From: Vermamoeba vermiformis | Taxonomy: Eukaryota | Reading direction: 5' to 3' | Assembly (NCBI GenBank): GCA_045837725.1 | Contig: JBEWZL010000126.1 | Coordinates: 248,001-312,000, forward strand | Length of the DNA stretch: 64,000 nucleotides | Shown here: piece after piece, positions 37,556-51,735 of the stretch | Position numbering within the stretch: position 1 is the first letter of the stretch | How the letters are laid out: each line of letters starts with the position of its first letter | Position numbers and translations under genes: made by a program | Notes under the pieces: model-generated | The model's input: the letters and a program-made list of their open reading frames with translations, nothing else | What the model was told of the DNA's origin: nothing | The model's database searches: none

Positions 37556-37819
37556 ACAGTTCTTTTTGCGTTGAACAATTTAACCATGAATCAACTTCAT
37601 TATTAAAATAGGTATTCAATCATTTTGACTCCAGCTCGAAAAAAGTTGTCGCAATAACGTAAAAATAGCTATCGCCAGGTATATTTAATTCAAATGTATC
37701 GATTTGGAATCGTTATTTATTATGTTTGTAGGTCAAGTAAGATAGAATCTCGGGTATGATTAAAGAACTGTGCTAATCTATACTCTGAAGAGAAGTCAGT
37801 GTTACTGATTGATCTTCCG

Positions 37820-39274
37820 TTATTCCGAGTCGTCGATATCGCTGCCGATTGATTCCTGATCGAAAGACGTCTTGGGCAGGTGCTCAGGTTTTGTGGTTGC
37901 ATCAGTGACAATGATCGCAGCGTTGAAGTAAATGTTGTCAATGGCCTCTTCCAAGGACTCGTTACCCGTGTGCATAGCGCCTTCTTGGTGATGCTTATAG
38001 ACTTCCAAGCCCTTCTTGTTCCAAAAGAAGACTGTCGTTGGCTTCTCCTTGTCGGACACTTTCTCTCCACGCATCATTCGCTCCATATCTTCATTCAAGA
38101 AGCGATAGACTTTGCCGTGAATATAGTAAGTCACAGGATATTCATCATTTTTTGAATTGTCGCTGTAATGTTGACTGACAACAACGGGAAGAAGTTCAAT
38201 GGAGAATGCAGGATCTTTTGACAACTCTTCGTACAACGCTCTGTCGCTGCCTTTGAGGCTCTTCAACGAGATGCCTTTTTGAGTGTAATCGAACTCGGTC
38301 AATATGCCAACCTTCTTGTGCGGAGAGTTCTTGATGGCACCAATGAGCGATGCAATGTTGTGATCCATTTTGACCGGTTTGGTGCGTTTGAAAGTGACAG
38401 CAAGAGGGGTCTTCGGAACGGACTCGTTGTCTTTGCAGATGTTGTACGTCAATGCCACACGAGTGCCTTTGATGACTGGCATAATTTCATGCTCGCGGTC
38501 ACAGAAGAACGCGGTCACTGAATGGTTTTCAGTGAACGTTTCATCGTTGTGACGGATGACCAACTCTCCACCCTTGTTAGCTGGTTGAAGTCGGATAACC
38601 ATCGTGCCGACCATATTAGGGTAACGAGGAGTATCTTTGTGAGCCTTGAAGTGACCCCCTTGTTCGTACATGTTCAATTTGTACGGCTCCAAGTACAACG
38701 TGTCGTCTTGAAACTCGTCTTGAACTTTCTCTAACAGCTTCTCCAATGCGACTCTATGAGGCGAGAAATCTTTGGTTTTTCCTTTTATTGCTTCCACGTA
38801 GAAGCCTAATCTTTCGTAGTCGATGGTCAGTCCAGATCGCACATCTGGATCAACTTTTGTAGTCATCGAGGCCAAGTCACCGAACGGAGCAGGAGCGCAT
38901 TGTTGCTTAATTGCATCGATTTTAAGGCTCCATTGGTTTCCGCATTCAACGAACGAGCCGTCAGAAGCCTTGATCTGCAAATTAAATTGTCCAAGAGCGG
39001 TCTGACCAAGATTAAAGGCAAAGCTGAGAGATTTATACGCGTTTTTAACTGCATCTCGTAGCTTTTTATCAGAATCTGCTGGCTGTTGGTCGCCTTCTTC
39101 TGCTTCATCGTCTTCCGAATCCGAATCCGAATCTTCGCCACGGACCTTACCACTCTCTTCGGCCAATCTTCCGATGGGAGTGCCATTTTTTTTGATGTTG
39201 TTGATAAGTTTGTAGAAAGTGTGGTACTTGAGGATCTGTTCCGTGACGACTTGAGTTTGATCCGCGATTTCCAT
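37820..39274 (-). CDS. 2OG-Fe(II) oxygenase (prolyl-4-hydroxylase-like fold), intronless
   Basis: 484-aa ORF with YKLNMYEQGGHFKAHKDTP, GTMVIRL, GGELVIRH and HEIMPVIKGTRVALTYNI. Confidence 0.88.
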   Translation of the reverse strand: MEIADQTQVVTEQILKYHTFYKLINNIKKNGTPIGRLAEESGKVRGEDSDSDSEDDEAEEGDQQPADSDKKLRDAVKNAYKSLSFAFNLGQTALGQFNLQIKASDGSFVECGNQWSLKIDAIKQQCAPAPFGDLASMTTKVDPDVRSGLTIDYERLGFYVEAIKGKTKDFSPHRVALEKLLEKVQDEFQDDTLYLEPYKLNMYEQGGHFKAHKDTPRYPNMVGTMVIRLQPANKGGELVIRHNDETFTENHSVTAFFCDREHEIMPVIKGTRVALTYNICKDNESVPKTPLAVTFKRTKPVKMDHNIASLIGAIKNSPHKKVGILTEFDYTQKGISLKSLKGSDRALYEELSKDPAFSIELLPVVVSQHYSDNSKNDEYPVTYYIHGKVYRFLNEDMERMMRGEKVSDKEKPTTVFFWNKKGLEVYKHHQEGAMHTGNESLEEAIDNIYFNAAIIVTDATTKPEHLPKTSFDQESIGSDIDDSE

Positions 39275-39638
39275 TTGCAGGAAGTAGTAGTAGTAGTAAT
39301 TTGATTGATTAGTTGTTGACTCCTTCTTTTACGTGGAAAACAAATGACCCAAAAAAATCTTCAGCAGTTGTCACAACAAAAAAAGTTGCTTTTGCTGCAA
39401 ATTGCCGGGCATTGTAATCTCGAGCTCTTTTCTCAGAAAGCACGTGCGTTAAGTCTTCTGCGTGCAAACAAGGCTATATTCGCGCACTCAGTCTTAGTGC
39501 TGCCGTCACGCCTGCCGCAACCGTTCTGCTGTTGCTTTGATGGGACCGGATCTCTCGGAACACTCTAAGAAATAAAGATTAGTCTTCGTGTCTGCGTTTA
39601 ATAATAGATTGCGTAACTGACTCACGTATACGTAATAT

Positions 39639-40401
39639 TTAATTCTTTTGTGCCCATTTTTCGCGCCTAATTTTGTTGAACACGAGCTCGCTGTCTTTAC
39701 CAACACCAAGATCACCCAATCTAGCATTGTCATCCGATAGCCTGGTGTTACCGTGTTGTAGGACGTATGTACGCCATATATACTTCCTATATATTCCGGA
39801 TATAAGACGTTTGAAGATATTTGTAAGCAGATTTGGTTGCCCAGGTACGTACCAGCTTATTTTTCTGGGTTCCATGGCGTCTTTCTTCTTGTTTTGAAAT
39901 TACCCGCTTTAATCCTTGCTTGACATCGTGCACTGTTGATTCGCTCGAGACTACTAATGCTAAACCAACGAAAATAAAATTGTCAAATCCAGATGTACGA
40001 TTTAAAACGATTTTCGGATAATCTTTTATAGTTTTATAGTTTAAATATTGTCTTTAATATTAGTGATATTATTCGCCACTTAAATAATTGATTCAAAGTC
40101 GCAGGTGAATAACAAAAATAATTTATGGTAACTTACGTATCTTCTCGCCAGTAAATTTCACTACGTAAATATTGAACGCACTGCCCGTCTCTATTTTAAT
40201 TAAATTTTCGATATAATCGCTGTCTATTTCTGCAGGCAAATCTGTCAAAAGCTCATCAGCCTTCAATGACGCCAATAGCATTTGTTGCTCTTCTAGTGAT
40301 AATTTTTCAACCTTGTTAAACAACCCTGCATATTCTCGAGCTAATTTTCCTCGCTTTTCAACAGGAGGACGATTATCTTCGCCAATCTGATCGACATCCA
40401 T
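39639..40401 (-). CDS. SNRNP25: U11/U12 snRNP 25 kDa protein (minor spliceosome, ubiquitin-like fold), 3 exons
   Basis: Motifs DELLTDLP..IETGSAFNIYVVK, VVSSESTVHDVK and KISW|KYIWRTYVL.HGNTRLSDDNARLGDLGVGKDSELVF match SNRNP25 (ISWSYVWRTY.L...KL..D...L.D.GI). One +1 indel at ~39868. Confidence 0.82.
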
Positions 40402-40619
40402 CCAAAAAAATGTTTGCGACCTTCTTACTCGTTCTCAAAATATTTACAGAAATATAGTGCAGTAGTATAGTGTTAGTACACGTCACGAAACGATAAATAA
40501 TTTGCTCGAAACCTTTCATTGTATTTTCGCACAATTAAAAAACTCAGTTCGCGCGCTCAAAAAATCTCGTTGCGGGCAAGATTATCTTTATTTTCAATAC
40601 CTTAGAAACGGAATAAGGC

Positions 40620-43600
40620 ATGTCTACTCAAGATACGCCTAAAAAGCCAAAACAAAAGCCTAATCCGCCAACACCAAAAGGCGGTGCAGCTAAAAGTTCG
40701 CCAGCAAAATCTCCAGCAAAGCAAGGAGCTGGATCTGCGCCAAAAAGTAGCCCGCAAAAGTCACCTGCGGTACGAACAGGCAAAATAAGTCCATTTAAAC
40801 CGAGGCAAGTCTTTGAAAATCCTGGATGTATCTTTCTGGTCGTATTGTGACCAGAAACAACTTTGATTTCATTTTTAAACTAACATTTATTGTGTATCAT
40901 ATCAAATTTAACGTTTTACGAATGAATTGGAGTTCATGTTTAATTACAAAAATTTTTTCTTTGTAACGCGGTAAAATTAACGTTTGATTTAATTTCAGAG
41001 ATCGAGCCCCTTCACCGAATAAAGGTATGAATATTATTATATCCTAATTTAACAGTATTTCACAAAAAGTTTTGCATAAAGCAAATTTGATCGTGATCTA
41101 ACAAACTGATGATTGATTTTAGGCAAGAAAAAGGCTAGTAAGCACAATATAGTATTCAACAAAGGATATTTCGCTTCTTGCGTCGAAAAATTACCCAACA
41201 ACAACTACGAAATTCATTGCTACGATGTTGGCTTGACGGATGTGGATGTCAAGAACTTTTTCAGCTACCTCGAGAAGTTCTTCTTTGGCGATGGTACCGA
41301 TGAAGAAGTTAAAGTAGAGAGCAACGATGATAATACTAATAGCGTACAGGCTGACGCTAATAAGGAGATCTTTAGTCCTGCCAAAGGTAAATCCATTTTC
41401 AGCTCGAATTGCCTAAATTTGTTTCATATTCTCCTAAAATTATATTAAATATATAACATTAATATGCAGCTATTAACTCTTATTCTTATATAGCCGCAAC
41501 TCTCCCTGTAACAGGATCAAATCTGGATCCGTTGCCGATCAAGCCACGAGTGACGATCAAGAACTTGAATTTGTTCAATAACAAGATTGGAGATGTTGGA
41601 GTTGAAACGATATTGAAGTTCTGCTTAGACAATTATGTCTATGTTCAAAACTTCAAGTTTTTTGGCAATCAGATCGGCGATGGTGGCGTGAACAGCTTTG
41701 TCAAATTCTTAGAAAAAACGAATTATCCACCTTACGAAATACATCTTAGTCATAATAGACTAAGTACAGCGAGTGCGGAGAGTTTGTTAATGTCGTTACA
41801 TCATAGCACGAAATATCCGTTGCCTTTTATGGGCAAGAAAGGTACGCTACGTTTTATCAATTTTATTTTTTATTTGCGACATACACCCGCAAATGAAAAA
41901 TCGAAGAATTTTAAAAAATCGCTAATTCACATACTAAAATTTTGAATTTGCAGTGCCGCTGTGGCTAAGATTGGAGCATAATTTTATCTCAAGCGAAGAT
42001 TGTTTGCATTATTTGAACAAAGAAAGCTGTTCATATTGCCTAATTGAGAATAAGGATGGCCTTTGCACGAATCGATCGTGCAGAAGAGAAGCAAAGATTC
42101 ATTTGGTGTACTTGAACTTCCAATACTATCACCCTATATTATCAAAGATTAGAAGAGACATGTTAAGCACAACACCTGCAAATATCGATGCAAATAACAC
42201 GAACGATTTGACGAGCAAATTGTCTTCGTTATCAATCAACACTCCAAATAAGGCAAATCAGCCTCAAGCCAAGAAACAAAGTCCATTGATGATATTCTTA
42301 GACACCAATGTTATAATTAGAATGCTCAAATCAACCAATGGATTCTCATTTCAAAATATCTTGCTGCGACACCAGCAGAAAAAACTCGTTTGCAATCCCG
42401 GAAATTTCAAGGATTCAGTGTACTTCGTCATCACCGATACTGTCGTCAGCGAGCTCGATGGACTCACTAAGAGTGGTGTTGTGCAGCCTGGTGCTTTAGA
42501 CTCGGTTATCAGTCGCGGATCTCACGCAGGTAAAAAAACAAATTTTTTTCATCCTCGAAATTTCGATCATTTTTACACGATCTAAACCTTAAAAAGACCT
42601 TGTTTTATTAATGCTGATGTTGTTTTAGGATTGATTATCTTGTTGGGAGCTTTCCAAGGTGAAAAACTTTTGGAATGGTTTGGCACACGAACAGTGTCGA
42701 ATTCGAACATCAGATCCAACAGCCAAAATGACCGCGTGATCATTGACATTGCGCTGAATTGGAGCCAAGCTATTGGCGAGCCAGGCAGTGTAGTGCTACT
42801 GACCGACGATAAGAACGCTCGTATGGTACGGATCCATATTACATTGTACTTAATAGGAAGTAGACGTCTAATCGTACTTTAGGTTGCGTTAGCGGAAAAA
42901 CTACCTGCAATAGGCTGGATGGATCTTCACAGCAAGATTTCTAACTTGCCTGGAGTAAGTTCAAAAATATTTGACACGTGTCACTTTTGACATCTTAGGG
43001 TGATTAGGGTAGCTAATGTTTTTCATGATAGGATGCTAAATGGAACTCGAGCTACCTCCGTAAAATCGTTGCTGAGGTCGGTGGGCCAATGCTGTCAAAT
43101 CTAATGAACGAAACGAGCGCTGGATTAGGCCTTGGCGTGTCACCAATGAAAAAACACCGTGTAAGCCAGATAGCATTTGTTTTCGGTCAGATTGAAATCA
43201 ATATTTACCATATTTGGAAATAGGTTTTGGCGGATGAATTAGCGAGACTTGAAGAGTTGGTGAAAGGCTTGGAAACTGAGCAAAAGAAAGAAAAAGACGA
43301 AGCGTTGACTTTGATTAAATCTATCAAAGGATTCTTCGAAAATAGATTTGAAAAGTCAATTCCGCAGCAATTGAAACAAGCCATGTTGCCGGACAGTATT
43401 GAAGAAGAAATTCCTGCGGCAGAAGTGACCGAAGAAATTACAATTGAATCTACCACGACGACCGTAACCACCGAGATTATAACGCCTATTGATCCTGTGA
43501 ATATTCCTACTAGTGCAGAGAAGAAAAAGAAAAAGAAGAAAAAGAAAGCTAAGAAACCGAAACAGATCGAGAAAAACGAATCCGAATCTGAAGAACAAAA

Positions 43601-43781
43601 ACAACAAAACAAGAAAACTTCTGCCGTTGCCGCTAATTATACTGAAGATAATCCAGTTGCTGCACCAGTAACGGAGGCCAAATTGGAAGAAACAATCATG
43701 AAGGCGGAAGTAAAAATTGAAGTCATCCCACCCGTTAAACAAGAGGTGAACGAGGAGCAAAAACAAGCAGAAAAAAATTAA
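40620..43781 (+). CDS. Protein with RNI-like LRRs, a SWT1/SMG6-type PIN RNase domain and a charged coiled-coil tail
   Basis: LRRs LNLFNNKIGDVGV, FKFFGNQIGDGGV, IHLSHNRLS and LRLEHNFIS. PIN motifs IFLDTNVI, VITDTVVSELDGLTK, NDRVIIDIA and VVLLTDDKNAR. Confidence 0.8.
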
Positions 43782-43952
43782 TACAATAAATAGCGATTTT
43801 AACAATACCTGATTAATTAGTAAAAAATTGACTTTGTTGTAAAGTGTTTTCAATTATTGATCCGGATCCGAAGATCACTTTCTTTCGTTACACTATAATC
43901 TGTAGGTGGTTCAATAATTTTACACGTTTTATTTGTAATTATAACGTAATTA

Positions 43953-46848
43953 TTAATCTTCTTGCGATTCAACAATTTTTCTTCGTGAAAGAGTGCTAGA
44001 TCCTCTATTGCTATTGTATCCTTGGTCTTCTTTCACCAATCTCTCAGTCACGTACTTTGCAGCGTCGTCAATCGAATCGTAAACGGTGTCTCCGCCTGTA
44101 GGCTCGATAATTCCTGAACGCACAAAATTGATTTTCAAACTGCCCTTCAACTTCACAAAGCACACAAAAACATTGCGCTGTCTGTAATTGTCCATCATTT
44201 CATGAAGCACTTGCAACGCACTATAGGTAATGAAATATTAATAACAGCACATACAATATGTATATTGTATGGCTAAATTATTAATATTAAGTCAGTTTTA
44301 AACCTTGCTTAAAATTCAACAAAATTTTGTTTCAGATCCATCCCAAGGACAGAACATCATTCTTAATATAGTAAGTAATATGTTGATATTAATACTTACC
44401 TTGCGTCCATAGAAGCAATATAACCAGCGTGAATGATAATAGCTCGCAACTTTGGCACGTCTCGCTTTTCGGCAGGATGAACGGATCTGGATCCCAACCG
44501 TTCAATTCGTGCAAAAAGTTCTTTGACTTGAGTCACATTAGCGAAGTATAGAGCTTCTTCTATTCTAACGATCAATACACCAGGCGTCAAGTGCGCGTCA
44601 GGATGAGTTGACACGTCTTTGTATTTGTTCGTGTCACCGACTCGGCCCAAGACAGTCACGTGGGGCACTGTCGTGTGTTTGATCACCAAAAACACGCTGA
44701 TGCCGATCGAGATGAAGATGCCTTGATCGATGCCCAAGAAGATGGTCAACAGGAAGGTCAAAAAGAACAAAAAGATGTCACGGTAAGCGCGCACTTTGGT
44801 CATGAACACAATGTCTTCGAGTTCAATCAGACCAGTGGCAGCGACCATAATAATAGCAGCCATGACGACCTTGGGCAAGTAATAAAACAACGGGCCAGCG
44901 AAGAGCATTGTGACCAAGACTACAGCCGATGTAACTAAGCCGTAGACTTGTGATGTCGCGCCCATCATGTCTGCCAAACTCGTGCGCGTCAAACTGCCAA
45001 ATGCGGGATAACTGCCAAAGAAACTTCCAATCTGTGAAATACAAAAACATTAGATCCAGTGCAAAGTCACACATGTCAAATATTTTCGTCAAGTTTAAAA
45101 TTCTACGACATTATTTGGTCATTTTAATGAATCCATATTAGGCAAGTGATATGAAAGTTACGGAAAAAATGTTGTACTTAGTTAGAGGCATTCGGTTTTG
45201 ATGGAAAAAAATCAAGGCAGAAATAGGGACTTACGATGTTAGCCAAGCCAGTGGCCACGAGTTCTCTGTTCGGACTGACTTGATAATTGTGCCTAAGTGC
45301 GTACAACTTGGCCACGATAATCGACTCGACGAATCCAACAATCGCCACTGAAATTGCTGGGAAAATTGCGACTTGAAGTGTTGGCACGTCGAGTGCTGGG
45401 AATGACGGCGTTGGAAAAGACGAGTTGAAATCACCTAAGACTCTAACATTGTACTTGTCCAATCGGAGCGTAGCGCTGATAATTATTCCGGCAATGACTA
45501 CGACCAAACTCTCGGGCAAAAACCGCAAGAAATATAATCGCGGGGAGTCTTTGAAGACTTTCTTACTGACGCGGAATAATACCAAGAAAAATATGGCAAT
45601 TACTCCGATCATGAACGTGAGCCATTGTGCTTGGTAAAAATGTTCGATGACATAGACCAGTTTGTGCCATGAATGCTCGGAGTTAGCGGGCAATCCAAAC
45701 AACGTGTCCCATTGTTCGATGATGATAGTGATGGCTACTGCATTGACAAAGCCCGATAACAAAGGTCTGCTAATGACATTGTCCAAAAATCCGACGCGAA
45801 CCATGCCGAGCACGAACAAAAATAATCCTCCGACAAACGCCAAAACTCTTGCTAGATCCATGGCGTTCACTGAAGTAGGGTCATCTGGATCTACATTTTG
45901 AGCAACAATTAATGCCACCATTAAAGAGCCTACAGCATCGGGTCCCATGGCGAGTTGTCTGGATGTACCCATCAAACCGTAGACTAAAACCGGCATAAAG
46001 GCTGAATATAAGCCCATAGCTGGTGGCAAATTGGCCAAGATGGCATACGCAAGCACCTATTAAAATAGCGATTAATATCGTTACTGAGTTTCTTGAATTT
46101 TTGCGAGTACGCATCCGGTTGCAACCCGGGTTGCAAAAATGGCTTGGTTAACGAAAAGTAAACCAATAGATAGATCACAACAATAAATAGAGGTCATTTT
46201 CTATTGAATTTTTCGTGTGTACGATTAAATATTAAACATTTTTCTAACGAAAATTCGAAAATGCGGCAGAATCTTCGTACATACCAAAATATCAATAATT
46301 AAAATTTTCAATAAGGATCATATCGTAGGGAAACGGTTATAAGAACAAACAACTAGATCTGATTTTTTGGAAAAAAAAAAATCAATTAAATTTACCTGTG
46401 GAATCAGGAGGGATGAAACGGCAAGACCAGCAACCACATCTTTGAATAGTGATTTTTTAACATTGTAATTTGGCAGCCAACCAGCTACTGGAACGTAGTA
46501 TGGAAATCTGATCTTAACCTTCTGCCAAAAGGTTTGTTCGTCGCTGTCCTTTGACTTAGGATATGAATCGTCTCCATCTGGAATGCTTTTTGCTAACTTT
46601 GCAAAGCTGAGACCTTTCCTGACACTTCCAATCCGATCTTCGTTAATGACGATCTCTGCATCCGCTCTAAACGAATAATCATCGTTGTTCATTCTTCGCA
46701 TCGGCTCATAATCGTCTTCGTCGGCAATATAATGCTGAGATGGAGATGGTGAAGGCGAGGACGGGTTCTGATAGTTTGTGTTGTTGGATTCGCCCAGAAG
46801 CGGCCTCTTTTCGTTATTATTCGGTGAAATAGGCCTTGGATCTGACAT
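43953..46848 (-). CDS. SulP/SLC26 anion transporter with STAS domain
   Basis: Motifs DVVAGLAVSSLLIPQ, LAYAILANLPPAMGLY, GTSRQLAMGPDA, NRELVATGLANI and STAS PGVLIVRIEEALYFAN. Confidence 0.93.
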
Positions 46849-47123
46849 GTTGTTGACTACATATGATAATTAAATAAATATGTGGTGGTTATAATACAGC
46901 TTTAAAACAAAAATAAAAAAAATCGAAAGTTACAAACAGAACACCTATGCCTTTTCCGTAACGCGATTCACAATACGGCAGCGAAAATTCTTCATAAATT
47001 TACTGTCATTAATGCTGTCGTTTGACTTATTTAGTAAATGTTTGCCTGGAAGTTCGAAACTAACGTTGAAACAGACGGATGTAGCGAGAGATCGAGATCT
47101 CGCGTAGGAAGCAATGCAATGCT

Positions 47124-48856
<1,733 letters not shown>

Positions 48857-49018
48857 TATAATTGTTTTGTGGTGAATTAGATGGTCTGATGTAGATTATT
48901 GAATGAAAAGTTTTCGGATCAAAAACACAGGCTGGAATTTCGCAGGACTTTCGAAACAAATGCAAAGTACGTCATCTAAAGCTACATTTATTTACAAACT
49001 AAAGATCATTGATCCAAC

Positions 49019-51302
49019 TTAATAAGACTGAGGGCTAAACTTGCCTTTCTTCGCAACAGGCTTGGTCGATTTTTTCAAGCTTTGTTGTTGCTGCTGCTGT
49101 TGTTGCATGACGGGCGCACCTTTACCAAGACCTTTGCCAGCGCTTTTTCCTTGCACAATAGCCGTGGCAACGCCCAGGCCCTTGCCTCCTTTTCCGCGAG
49201 AGTTCGAAATCTGATCGTACTTTCTTTTTCGGTCAGTCAATGGCGAATCGTTGGCATTCATGTCCTCGTCTACATCATCCTGGTCTGATTCGAAATCATC
49301 ATCATTTTCTTCATCATCTTCATCGTTGAAGTCGCACATCTCTTTTGCCTTTGCAACCATATTCTTCTTCGCTTCATTTTGATAAGATTTGCCGCCCTTG
49401 CCTGCTCCTCGTTGTCTTTTATGAGCAGATGCTATAATCAACCATTAGTGCTCGTTCTTAACTTAGATCTTGTTACTTACCGATCCAAGCAACTTCTTTC
49501 GCCCCAACATTATTCCAAGTTTGTTCACTCTTCAAGGAATCTAAGATTTGTTGCAAGTCCGCGACGAGGTCTTGACATAGTGCATCTTTGCTCGAAACAG
49601 ATGCGTTAATGACGTTCATCGTGTCACGCAACAATTGGCGGGCTTTTTCCAAGTTTCCGTTTGACGCTTCATTTTTAGCGGACTCCATGCACTCAGCAGC
49701 AAGCAAACGGTTGATTTGCTTATCTACTTGAAGGTCTCGAACTTGTTCTTCGGCGGAGACATCGTCTTTGCGCTGCACAGTGCACGAGATCGAAGCCTCG
49801 CAAGCCACGTTGTTGGATCGAGGATTGAAGTACGTCAATTTGAATCTTTGCGAGTTCGAAGGCATCCACAGCGGTCTCGGTAGCTGGAACATACAGTTTT
49901 AATACGACGTCTCGTCCCTGCAAGTTAAGTTAGTGTTGAATTCTAATATAAAGGAAGCGCATCCGGGTCTTACTTCTTCGCTGTAAAGGTCTCCAATATC
50001 GAGTGTAACAGGATCTGTAGAGCCTACGATTTCTTCGACAGCCGGCTTAGCTTCTTTCTTAATCTTTGGCGCTTTTTTGGCCTTGTTGCCGCGAGTTTTC
50101 TTCTGCTTGTTTTCGTCGAGATCGAGCACCGTTTTTTCGTCGTCAGCCATATCTGTGTTTGCTTCATCACCATCCTCCTGATCGAGATCGCGGTCCTCTT
50201 CTGCATTTTTACTCTTTTTGGGTGGTGCAATGACGCCAAGCGTTTTTTGGATGCGTACTCCATTAACGGGCTAAAATTAGAAAATTAACCAATTTGAACT
50301 TCAAAACCAACGGTGAAGCACTTACGGTGATGGTCATCTTAATTTCTTGAGCAACAACACTAAGAAGGCCTCCAAGAGCATCGGCAAAAGCGGTGGAAAT
50401 CGCTTCTTCGTCTTTAACAAAATAGTACATTCCGCTGCCTTGATCCGAGATTTGCCTGTAAGACACGACTTAGTACTCGGTACGAAGTAAATGGTACCAA
50501 AGATGCGGAGAAAGTTTTGGCACTTACGTCAAGAACCCTTCGTCGTGATCCGCGCCAAATCCAAAGGTAAAGATACTGCACGGGTTGCTCATCTTCTTTA
50601 ATCTTTCCTGTACGACCTTAGCAAGCTCTTTGCCGGAAGTAATACCAGCATTAGCTTGACCGTCAGTAAGCAAAAAGACAGATGAGACCGGGCTCTTTGA
50701 AGAACTGATCAAAAGTGTTAGAACAACGTAAAATTGGCTATTTAGTCAAGCGATCGCTATCACACACGTACCTATTATCGTTAATGAGCTGATCTAAGCC
50801 AGTCAGCAAACCACCGCTGAGATTCGTTGAGGATCCTTCGTGAATGGCGTTAATGGTCTTAGCAGAGGTTTTCTAATGCATAATTAGGTTAACATACAAC
50901 AAAATATGCTTTAATGAACGTCAATTTCTCGTACTTTATGCGCAGGAGTCATGTTCGTCAAGCCAAACTCGATATTCACATTAGTGTCATAGGACACGAC
51001 GGAGAATCGATCAGAGCTGGTTAGTTGCTTCAAAATGAAGTTGCACGTCTTCTTAACGAGAGCTATTTTCTCGCCTGCCATGCTACCACTGAAAAAGAGT
51101 ATCAGTAAGAAAGCTGATCGACACGCATCTGAGAGTCTTACCTCTTATCGATAACAGCGACCAGGTCGATAGGAGCGCGATCACGAATGTCTGCTTGAAT
51201 TACAGGCGCTTTGATGCTTGCCATCATGTGGAAGTCTCGTTGGGAAGCCAAAGAGATGGCAGGAAACTCGGATGTTGCAAAAAGGTTGAGTTGGTCGGCC
51301 AT
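49019..51302 (-). CDS. vWA-domain protein (vWA + Ig-like + Vwaint type) with acidic/basic tail containing histone H4-like motifs
   Basis: MIDAS RAPIDLVAVIDK|SGSMAGEK, plus GSSTNLSGGL, VFLLTDGQAN, IFTFGFGADHD, AFADALGGLLSVVAQ and IGDLYSEE.RD. The tail contains SRGKGGKGLG and GKGLGKG. Confidence 0.87.
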
Positions 51303-51735
51303 TTGATGTTGCTTTGTTGTAATTGTGAAGATAATAATTTTCACGATATTAATTTCATTTTTATAGCGCAAATGAACTTCTTTTCAGAAAGGTTGGTGCG
51401 GAAGATGAGCTTCAATTTTTGATTTGACGTTCAAAAAATTAAAAAAACGAAATTGAGTAATCCTGATTCGATGTTCAAAATGATTATAATAAATATACCT
51501 TAGGAAATCCTCATTACGAGCAAAAGAAGTCTGCGACGTTGAGAGCTATGAGGTACTACTGTCAGACTTTATCCCAGATGGCCAACAAACCGTGGTTTGA
51601 CATGTATCTATTATATCTGGTTTCCATAAATCAAACTTGGTGTCGAGTGTTTTCCATGTTGTATTCTCATAAGTTTGTTTTTTTCATAATCAAATTTGCG
51701 CGGGCAATTGTTTTTTTGGTAACAACGATAGGACC

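Noticed and set aside
46119-46136. Perfect 18-bp palindrome ttgcaacccgggttgcaa in a SulP intron
   Set aside because: Single occurrence with no target-site duplication or second copy, so no function can be assigned.
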